Below are positions 52,648 through 64,000 of a stretch of 64,000 nt of DNA, in pieces (the stretch's first letter is position 1; the number at the start of each line of letters is the position of its first letter). Origin of the DNA: Eledone cirrhosa. Its lineage: Eukaryota. The stretch covers positions 309,256,001-309,320,000 of the forward strand of contig OZ024743.1 in assembly GCA_964016885.1 (NCBI GenBank), in the 5' to 3' direction. Under the pieces are notes generated by a model, which was not told the DNA's origin, did not search any database, and saw nothing but the letters and a program-made list of their open reading frames with translations. Both the position numbers and the translations under genes were made by a program.

Positions 52648-53223
52648 GTGTGTGTGTGTATGTATATATGTGTATATAGATGTGTATGTATGTGTATGTG
52701 TGTACACATAGACTAGAGTATGTATGTATATATGTGTATGTCTATACGTGTGTATATAAAGATAAGTTGAGTATGAAAATGTATACACATGAGCGCGTAT
52801 GTATGTACATGAATACATGTGTGTATATATATGTGTATGCATGTGTATATATATATGTAAGTATGAATATGTGAATTGTGAGTATATGTATTTTGTAGAG
52901 GTGTGCAAATATATTTGTGTGTGAATGCGTGGGTGAAAGGATACGTACACTTGAAAGAAAAATTTAAGTCTGAATGTTAATTAAGTGCAAACACAAAACC
53001 AACCACGCATATCTTTACTATCTCTAATCCTTCTATAGATTTAGAAAAATAACCAATAATATATTCTATAAAAAATGTCAAAACAACAGATGGGAATCTA
53101 ATTACTCACTGCCACCAAGAATTCTCACTGCTATCGAAAAACCACTCCTTCAACTATTCTTCTAACAACTTCACCCCTCCCTCCTAATATTCTCTATAAA
53201 AACTAAATAGGTCCTCAGTAATA

Positions 53224-53340
53224 TTATTCTGATGAAATGACAGTAAATAATAACATTGAAATATTGAATGTCTGCATAACTAAAAGTTTGTAGATAGCTG
53301 TTTTAGGTTATGTAACTGTTATAGAAACACGTGTCAATAA
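53224..53340 (+). ncRNA. Type I hammerhead motif with very long stem II insert
   Basis: TTATT-CTGATGA-A-ATGACAGT(~70 nt)ACTGTTAT-A-GAAA-CACGTG-TC-AATAA. Confidence 0.72.
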
Positions 53341-53374
53341 ATTCCTTTCAACTAAACTGTATCCATTCAAATCT

Positions 53375-53408
<34 letters not shown>

Positions 53409-53986
53409 TATTAATGAGTTCCTAACTCAGGCAGTCCATTACAATTTTAAACCTTAAAATCCAAATATGTTTCGAAAAATGAAAAAGTGGAACAAATACC
53501 GCATTTATATCTCCTCAGCAAGCACAGAAAAGTTGGTATGTTTCACTTCAAAATATTTAAAAAGACTGTTTAACGCACATGGTTTTCCACATGGTTATCC
53601 AGTGTCTAGCTACCGCATACTCGTGCTGCTAGAAATAACAGCCGTTTATATGGGGCTAAATTCAGCTCTACGTAAGGAGCAGTGATACTATTAATGAGTT
53701 CAAAACTCAGGCAGTCCATTACAATGAAATAGCTCAAAGAAAGAAGTATTTTTGAGCCGTGTAATACAGAGAGAGTTTGTAATACAGAGCTGAATTTAGC
53801 CCCATATAAACGGCTGTTATTTCTAGCCATTTGCCAATATACTTGTTGATTTATTATTTTAAATCGAGACAGGCAAACTGTATTATTATAATTAGTATTT
53901 TTCAATCTAGCTAACTTAGTCATTTACAATACAAACATGGATATGTTGGTATTTGTGTTTATCAAATATATTAATTTATATTAACT

Positions 53987-54029
<43 letters not shown>

Positions 54030-54224
54030 ATACTTGGGGAGGGTCATACTGTTGTAATAATATTGCCAGAAATAATAAAAGAACACACTCACTGTTTGGT
54101 TGGTTTTCGCTTCTGTATCTTTTATATCTCCACAGTTAATTTATTTGATCCACATTGTTTACCATTGACTGACCAACGGTCAAAAGTACAGATATACTAT
54201 AGATATAAACACATATATATAGTC

Positions 54225-54268
54225 TAACAAAGTTCTTTCGTTGCACATCTGCAACATCATCAGTGGTA
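54225..54268 (-). ncRNA. Type I hammerhead ribozyme motif
   Basis: Minus strand reads TACCA-CTGATGA-T-GTTGC(AGATGT)GCAAC-GAAA-GAAC-TT-TGTTA. Confidence 0.75.
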
Positions 54269-54327
54269 CTATTATGTTCCTCCTGTTGTATTGTATATCT
54301 ACGCCATACCGAAGTGGAACATAATAG

Positions 54328-54371
54328 TACCACTGATGATGTTACAGATGTGCAATGAAAGAACTTTGTTA
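54328..54371 (+). ncRNA. Type I hammerhead ribozyme motif
   Basis: TACCA-CTGATGA-T-GTTAC(AGATGT)GCAAT-GAAA-GAAC-TT-TGTTA, with a weakened stem II. Confidence 0.65.
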
Positions 54372-54534
54372 GACTATATATATGTGTTTATATCTATGTT
54401 ATATCTGTATTTTTGACCGTTGGTCAGTGAATGGTAAACATTGAGGACCGAATGAATTAACTGTGGAGATATAAAAGATACAGAATTGTAAACCAACTAA
54501 ACAGTGAGTGTGTTCTGTTATTATTTCTGGCAAT

Positions 54535-54720
54535 GGCGGTGGATTGGCAGTATCGGTAGAGGGTCGGACGCCATGCTTTGACGCATAGAGTTACTGTCCT
54601 TGCCATTCTGAGTTCAAATCCCGCCGAGGTTTACTTTACCTTTCATCCTTACGGGGTCGATAAAATAAAGTACCAGTAATGCACTGGGTAATTTCTGGTC
54701 TTGTGCCAAAAGTAGAAACA
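54535..54720 (+). mobile_element. Full-length tRNA-derived SINE with ~18 bp TSD
   Basis: GGCGGTGGATTGGCAGTATCGGTAGAG (A box), GAGTTCAAATCC (B box) and the conserved core. TSD GTTATTATTTCTRGCAWT at 54517-54534 and 54721-54738. Confidence 0.88.
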
Positions 54721-54836
54721 GTTATTATTTCTAGCATTATTATTACAACAATATGACCCTCCCCAAGTATAACAATATTTGTTTCTACACACGATTTCAT
54801 ATAAAAAAAACATCGCAAAACAAATATATATATATT

Positions 54837-54925
<89 letters not shown>

Positions 54926-55248
54926 TATTAGGATTGGTGCTCTGAAATAGGGATGTATACATGAATGTACGTATAGTATATTTGGCAATATACCGTATGC
55001 TTAATTAAAAACATTTTGAAGACCATACGCTATCGGTTTTAAAGTAGTGACTATGTCACTTACTTCTTTTCAGCGAAAGAAGTGAGAGACGCTAACTGTC
55101 TGTTTCACGCTATTGGCGATAATCAGTGCATGCAGTCCCCGCTTTCGCCGAAAATTATAGAAGCTGGATTCTTATAGAATTCTAGTAATAATCAGGAGCT
55201 GATTATACAGAGCGATTGCCGGTCCAGCAAAAATTATTTCTCATTCTT

Positions 55249-55284
55249 TTTTCTGATAAAGGACTAACATCCGAAACGTTAAGA
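55249..55284 (+). ncRNA. Minimal hammerhead motif (one core change)
   Basis: TTTT-CTGATAA-A-GGA(CTAACA)TCC-GAAA-CG-TT-AAGA. Its tail at 55301-55378 is inverted at 56518-56596. Confidence 0.55.
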
Positions 55285-55493
55285 CCCTCTTCCTGCTATA
55301 TCAAGCGTTAATCTAATATATCCCTTCGATATACTGTACTGGTTGTGTTGTTATTTCTGTTTACCATTTACATACATATATTGTAACGTAACAAGGGGTC
55401 TGACGAGCCGCTGATTACAGAGTCAGGTCAGATCGATACAGATCAAACCTTGAGCTGCTCAGTGGCGAAATGCACGTCACCAACCAATATATA

Positions 55494-56480
55494 TAGGTTT
55501 GAGAAAAAAGTTCGTTCGGTTTTCTTAGAGAAAAGGAGAGACAGTTTTAAACCCAAAGCAACTTATCAACTCATTGATATATTCGCCATTTCGTTCCGCC
55601 ATCTTCTAGTTAGATCCATTATCCCCTGTTCAACGAATTTCCTGTCTTTACTGAAGAACCCTTCCAAACGAATTTACACATATTTTGAAGACGTGAAAGT
55701 CTGCCCATTCAAAAAATTTTGAAGAGACAGAAACTGGTGGAAATCTGAAGAGGAATGTCGGAGGGAATACGGAGGGTGAGGCAAAAATTACCAGTCAAAC
55801 CCTAGTAACTTCCGCGTCTGAAAGAATGCGTGTGGTCTGGCATTGTCTTGATGAAAGTTCTGGACGCTTTTGGTGGATCGCTGCGTTTAATTTATGCAGC
55901 TGTTCACAGTACACATCCAAATTGATGGTTCTGTTTATTGGAAGAAGCTCGTAAATGATAACACCCTTCCAATCCCACCAAATTGAAAGCATAATTTTCT
56001 TTGGGTGAAGTCTTGCTTTGGGGGTTGTTTGTGTGTCTTCTTGGCGCTTCCCACATGATCGTTTTTACTTCACATTGTTATAGACAATCCATGCTTCTTT
56101 TCCAATTAATAAAAAGGATAATTTTAAGCAAGGAATCGCGGATGAAAATCCATTGGATGAGGTTGGCTTCATTCAACTCATGGGGAACCCAAACATCAAG
56201 CCTGCTGATGTAACCAAGTTTATATATAACACCGGATAATATCTACGATTTTCCTGGTTGTAAGACGATGGTGTCGACTAAACCCTTTACTTGGTCGCTG
56301 TTAATTTAGTTGGCCGTCCAGAGCGAGGTGCATCTTGAATCGAAAGATTTCCTGATCGTATTCTTGAAAACCAGTTCTGGCATACGCGTTCTGTAATAGC
56401 ATCCTCTCCGTACACAACGAATGTTCCTGCAAGTTTCTGAACCTTTTTTAAAATAAAAAAAATGTTGTCGAACTAACCCC
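55494..56480 (-). mobile_element. Degraded mariner (Tc1/mariner) transposon
   Basis: WVPHEL, KIMLSIWWDWKGVIIYELL, YCEQL, HQDNARPH and PYS...SDFH remnants on the minus strand. TIRs are poorly preserved. Confidence 0.85.
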
Positions 56481-56487
56481 CCTCCCT

Positions 56488-56529
<42 letters not shown>

Positions 56530-56691
56530 AAAGGTAACAGAAATAACACCTCAATCGGTACAGTATATGGAAGGAATATATTAGGTTAACGCTTGAATGG
56601 ATTTTCTAATTGGATTTTCATACCGGAACTGGATACGAACTTACAACCTCAAGATTGTGAATCCAATTCTCTAACCACTCAGCCATACGCC

Positions 56692-56785
<94 letters not shown>

Positions 56786-57155
56786 AGAGTTTTCGGTGTG
56801 CCCGGCCGACTGAACTCACTCGATATGCAAATTAAGCTACTCAGCCGTTAATATGCATAAGGAAAGTATATACTTTCAGACGTTCAACCATCTGGCAGGA
56901 AGGTATACGATGCTGACGATAGCTAATAAGCTTGAAACTAGTACATCGTTCCTGTGTCAGTGTTGAACAAAAAGGTGACGTGGTTGCCTAAACACTGTAC
57001 GGCGTAATTCGGGCTGTTTGTTTGTTTACAAACAAACAAACCGAACATTATATTAAATGTTCGGTAAACCGATACGTGCATATATATATGTGTGCATGTA
57101 TGTATATATATACACACTACTGTACGTCTGTATACATATATGTATGTACGTATAC

Positions 57156-57493
<338 letters not shown>

Positions 57494-57531
57494 TTGCAAA
57501 CCTGCTCACTGTTTCAAAACATACTCACTTG

Positions 57532-57616
<85 letters not shown>

Positions 57617-57649
57617 CATATATACATATATATATATATGCATATATAC

Positions 57650-58692
<1,043 letters not shown>

Positions 58693-58828
58693 AGAAAACG
58701 AAAAATCAGTGATGCATCTGAAGTCAATTTAGTGTTACAATTGTTTCCTCGGCAGACAGCTCGAGACACGATCATTGTGTGGATCTGTCCGATTCTGGAC
58801 CCGCAGGTTCGACGGACATGTCTAATGA

Positions 58829-58886
<58 letters not shown>

Positions 58887-59629
58887 TTAACCGTTGCCAT
58901 CGTGGATCAAAAGCAACAGCAGTCGATCAAATCTTGGCTCGATCAATTCTTGATAAAAGAAAATAATGCGTTGTATCAAATTCCATCGATGTAAAAATTG
59001 ACAGAATAATACTAATAAAACTCTCGGGTCAAATTCAATTACTTCGTAAACAGCTTCGTCGGACCTGTTTATATATGTGGTTAAATGCACAACGTACATT
59101 TACAGCTATTGCACAAGTTGTTTAGAGGAGTTATAAGCAACATATATCATCCTTTTAGTGTTGTAGGATTTTTGCAGAGCCTGTGTGAATGACTTCTACA
59201 GTCAGATGTATTTTGCAGTTACTGTCACGTGGCTACGTTGTAGTAACTTTACCAGCTTCGATGCCTTCAAAAGTTAACACGCACTCAACCGATTTAGAGG
59301 AGAATATAACTTAGGAGTGTGTTAATGAAGGTTCTTAAATGTTATTGGGACAATAAGCACTTTGCATTTAAGAAAATTTATCATCAAATTATGACATCTC
59401 AACGACCAATTGAGAATTCAATATGCCATCTCTGGATCAAATTTAGGAGATGATTTTGATCTTAATTTACAGAGCTTCCAAATTTTTAATAGTTATAAAA
59501 GCCCAGACCTCCTGTTTATTGAAGTAATAAACATAATGTTGAAAACCCAATGAGATTAACAAGTTGGTTCAAGGAAAAATAATACACTTGTTTTTATGAA
59601 TTCATCTGTTTTCTTTAATATTGATAGAA

Positions 59630-59880
59630 GGCGGAGGATTGGAAGTATCGGCAGAGCGTCGAGCAACTTGCTTTGTGGCATATAGTTACGTCCCTTTACC
59701 TTTTGAGTTCAAATCCCACTGCGGTTAGCTTTGCCTTTCATCCTTACGAGGTCCATAAATTGAAGTACTTGTAACACTCTGGAGTCGATTTAATCGACTT
59801 TCACCTTCCTTTAAAATTGCTGGCCTTGTACCTTGTACCAAAAGTAGAAAAAACCTTGTACCAAAAGTAGAAACAATTAT
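59630..59880 (+). mobile_element. tRNA-derived SINE
   Basis: GGCGGAGGATTGG..., GAGTTCAAATCC, GCCTTTCATCC core and a duplicated CCTTGTACCAAAAGTAGAAA tail. Confidence 0.8.
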
Positions 59881-60718
59881 GTTAATATTAATACTGCCGG
59901 TATTAGGCGGTCTAGCTCACCCAAAATATTCACGTTCGCTTACTGTAACAGCTTTAGTTTTGTGTATATTTCTTATATAACCATCTAAGATTTCAACATA
60001 TTTTAATTCATTTGCTTGAAGCTCCAGACAGAGTTTTCGAACCAACAAGATAACCTAGTTTGTAACTTGGTATGCTATAAATTACAACCAAACCTACTTC
60101 AGCTTACATTCCAGTATGTTATTAAAATGATAGACTGTATAATATACTTTAGAAATCATTTAATGTCAAAAAAGATTTTTGTGGTAAAAATACCATAGGT
60201 CAACTTTTGATTATAACCTGAGGGCTAAATATTTGTTGTTTTCGTTTCTGTTAAAATAACTGATAGACATTTAAAATACTAAGTTCTCACTGTTCATTCA
60301 CTCACGCCTATTCTAATATGTTTCAATGACAAACATTATTTGGAGTAAGGTGCACATAGATTCACGCATCATTTATCTTTAATGCCCGTAAGACCATTAC
60401 AATCATATATAAATAAGAGCTTCTTGAAGCTTGCATTGCAATGTTTGAAAATTGGGGTGAGTCTATTCAATAGACTTTAAGAGTCCATCTCCTATATTAA
60501 TATCATAACTAAAGCAATATGGCTTCAATATATATATAAAATCCACTTAAGCATCATGGCTTTTTATTAATCATACACTCCTGACTGGTATTTACTGCAA
60601 TGCAGCTCTATTAAATTCCTTTTCTATTCATACTTAGAATCATCTTTGATTACAAGTAAATACAGATAATATTCAGAACAGTGATGGATAAACAAAGACC
60701 CGCACGCGCGCACACACG

Positions 60719-60802
<84 letters not shown>

Positions 60803-61179
60803 GGTACTGATACAGACACATACACATAGGCATACATACATATATATATAGGCTCACAATTACACATATGTACAAATACACATACAGGGACACACATACA
60901 CATATGCACACATACACATATAGGCAAACCTATACACACATATGTACAAATACACACATAGGCACAAATTTACACATAGGCACGCATACATACATAGGCA
61001 CACACATACATAGGCACACATATGCACATAGGTACATACACAGGCACACATATACACATAGGGATAATTATTCTGATCGGTCGACAAGATCCCAGACCTC
61101 ATTCTCTTGCCGAGTGGGGTGGACCTCCTCAAATACGACCAAGGAAACAATGTTTTTATTGGTCTTTCTAGTTGCTGAT

Positions 61180-61335
61180 ACTATCTACAGGTCGCAACTC
61201 CTCCAGATAGAAGGAGCAACGTGAAATAAAGTGTCTTGCTCAAAGACACAACACATCACACGGTTCGAGAATTAAACTCACAACCTCACGATTCCGAATC
61301 CAACTCTCTAGCCACTAAGCCACGTGCCTTCACAT
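61180..61335 (-). mobile_element. tRNA-SINE of a second family (relatives at 48930-49205, 56620-56695 and 61540-61633)
   Basis: Reverse complement begins GAAGGCACGTGGCTTAGTGGCTAGAG (A box), then a B-box-like GAGTTTAATTCTC, then TCTTTGAGCAAGACACTTTATTTCACGTTGCTCC. Confidence 0.65.
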
Positions 61336-62041
61336 AGGTAATGAGTTATTGGAAATCCGTAGGTTTTGTCGATGATTATTCCAGTTGTTTGATCAACAGA
61401 AATGTATGTTAGTGAAATTAATGTGCAAGTGTCTGAGCAGTCCACAGAAACAGCTACCCTTAATATAATTCCCAAGGAGATTCAGTACGATAAATTGAAT
61501 ATGACAAAGCTGGACATTTCAATTACAGGTACAATACACTCTTTCTCTGCTGAGGGGACCGGAACAACGTGAAATGCTCCGGGACCCCACGCGCTGCCTG
61601 AAATAGAACTCACGATAGCAGAAATGCCTAACCCTTAACCCACGTTTCTTCACCGTGCAATTAATGAGGTTTTGAAAAATAATGTTAAATGTATGAAATG
61701 ATAGTTATTAAGATCATTTTATAGCAGTGTAAATTAGATTCGTGAGCTTCAACCTTTTCCCAATTATGAAAAGATATAATTATTTATGACCCCCATATGA
61801 CCAGTATCTAAACCACTAGAGTTTTATTCGTTATTAGACCACCCGTGACCCGTTGGGTCACGTTCACTTCAAAATATAAAAAAAAATCATCTTCACTTAA
61901 AAATAATTTTTAAATTATTTAAATATACACAGACATGTATATAATGAGAAATGAAACTGGAAGGCCTATATATATATATATATACATGTGTGTACGTATA
62001 TACATAAATGTGTGTATGTGTGTGTGTATATATATATATGA

Positions 62042-62073
<32 letters not shown>

Positions 62074-62152
62074 GGGTGTCTGTGATCTATATATACACTG
62101 GTTATAGACATACACATACATATACACATACACATATATATACACACACACT

Positions 62153-62207
<55 letters not shown>

Positions 62208-62410
62208 ATAATAAATTTGAAGTCTAAAATGCAAAGAGGGCTCGATAAGGATAAATTTATATCAAATATATAAGAACCGTAGAGCAAATATTTATTAAAA
62301 TATTGAGATTGACTTAGTTTCAGAAGATCCCGTTAAGGGTGAAAGCAGCGATTCTTTGCTTAAACTTTAATCTGTTATTTTAATAAATAAATATATATAT
62401 ATATATATAT

Positions 62411-63316
62411 ATATGAAAAAAGTTTGTCCTTCATCAGTGATCTTCCAACCATCATAGGCATTTCATCGCTTTAAAGACCATATACCTCCGGTTGGTGCGA
62501 GCAACGGCTAAAAAAAGATGTTGGGACACGTAAATAAAGGGGACGTGAGGGTAAACAAACAAAATGGTGAAGCAACAGAAAGTGAGGAAGAAAGAGACAA
62601 GTCCCAGATTTCTATGAATTTAAATTCGGTGAAATCGTGAACGAGAGAATAAAGACCATCAAACCTGGTTGAAATGTGAGCAAGGAAGGAATTTCGCACA
62701 GGTCTAACGAGAGGAAGAAGGGGTCTGGTCTACGAATTCGGTAAACATAAGTTCTGTGAAATCGTAGACGAGAGAGAGAAAAAATTCATACCAGCTTGGC
62801 CAGCGTGCGGGAGAAAAGAATTACACACAGGTCAAACGGGAAGAAAGAGGAGGAGGACAGAGAATGAGTGAGTGAAGGGTGAGGAAGAGGCTAACAGAGA
62901 GAGAGAGACTACTAGAAAGGGTAAAGATACATAGAACGAAAAAGACAGGTAGCCTCTCGTCTACGATTTCACAGAACTTATGTTTACCGAATTTGCAGAC
63001 CAGACCCCTTCTTCCTCCCGTTAGACCTGTGCGAAATTCCTTCCTTGCTCACATTTCAACCAGGTTTGATGGTCTTTATTCTCTCGTTGACGATTTCACC
63101 GAATATAAATTCATAGAAATCTGGGACTTGTCTCTTTCTTCCTCACTTTCTGTTGCTTCACCATTTTGTTTGTTTACCCTCGCGTCCCCTTTATTTAGTG
63201 TCCCAACGTCTTCTTTTAGCCGTTGCTCGCACCAACCGGAGGTATATGGTCTTTAAAGCGATGAAATGCCTATGATGGTTGGAAGATCACTGATGAAGGA
63301 CAAACTTTTTTCATAT
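62411..63316. repeat. Inverted repeat (~365 bp arms, ~180 bp purine-rich spacer)
   Basis: 62411-62774 versus 62954-63316. The same pseudo-ORF appears on both strands. Each arm ends shortly after CTGATGAAGG. Confidence 0.88.
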
Positions 63317-63469
63317 GTAACCCATTCGCAACTTCGCAGCGCCCTTATTTTCATATATATATATATACACACAACAACACCACCAGCTCTCTCTCTTTCA
63401 TTCTCCTTCTCTGTCTCCTCTCCCTCTCTCTATGTCTCTCTTTCAATCTACTCTCTCACAACCACTATA

Positions 63470-63552
<83 letters not shown>

Positions 63553-64000
63553 ATGAAGGTACCCGGAAAAAAACCCATATTTCGGGAACCCGTGCTTCGA
63601 TTTACGTGAAACTTGTTTTATTTCATTCGTATTTCAGGGTCAACTTCCTTTCAAAGTATTTTTCCATTATGCGCCCTTTTGGCTGTATTAAATTACAGAC
63701 AAGCAAGCAAGCTCAGAGCTTTAGTAATATATAGATATTCAGGTAATTTGGGGAATATAGTTTTGCCAATGTGAGACAATGTGTCTATTTTGTTGGCGGC
63801 AAAGTATAAGAAGAGTGAGAAACACAGGCAATAATGATATGAAGTAAAGCAGGTGAAGAATGGATGGCTTTAGACTCTAAAGCCATCCACCTATCTTGTG
63901 TCATCTCTCTAAACTTTACAGCGATGACACAATATCGGTGTGATTGTTTTTAAATCCATCTATGTAAACGAATTAGAGAGAGGGTAGGAAATTTTTATAG

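Larger units (their letters stand above)
51085..53380. repeat. Large inverted repeat (~1.1 kb arms, ~80 bp spacer)
   Basis: 51085-52206 is the reverse complement of 52288-53380 with few differences. Flanked by (TA)n. Confidence 0.92.
54025..54830. mobile_element. Inverted pLTR pair of the PLE family at 57795-58597, right arm split by a SINE
   Basis: 54025-54282 versus 54317-54534 plus 54739-54775. Homologous to 58300-58580. Confidence 0.85.

Noticed and set aside
58700-59600. Possible host exon or decayed hAT transposase (similar impression at 35900-36500)
   Set aside because: Only short ORFs, no convincing motif or splice structure. BLASTX would be needed.

Overview
AT-rich, microsatellite-saturated eukaryotic (animal) DNA with no recognisable host gene. 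The SINE types and the density of (TA)n, (CA)n and (TACA)n suggest an octopus/cephalopod genome (inference). Almost all of the window is mobile DNA: a head-to-tail array of three R4/Dong-like RLE retrotransposons in (TAA)n tracts plus a fourth R4-like fragment, a Tx1/L1 element, a CR1 RT, RTE-derived elements, tRNA-SINEs, a degraded Helitron between two CRE-like fragments, a Chapaev3-like transposon, a mariner remnant and three Penelope-like (PLE) GIY-YIG fragments. Most short ORFs in the track are translated microsatellites. The main hidden signal is non-coding. About 20 small, mostly ORF-less inverted-repeat cassettes sit in (TA)n tracts with their 3' tails facing outward. Many carry type I hammerhead ribozyme motifs: I count 9 with intact catalytic cores in 6 sequence families, plus about 10 mutated ones. 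Two families have an unusually long stem II. All motifs were read and folded by eye, and coordinates are approximate.
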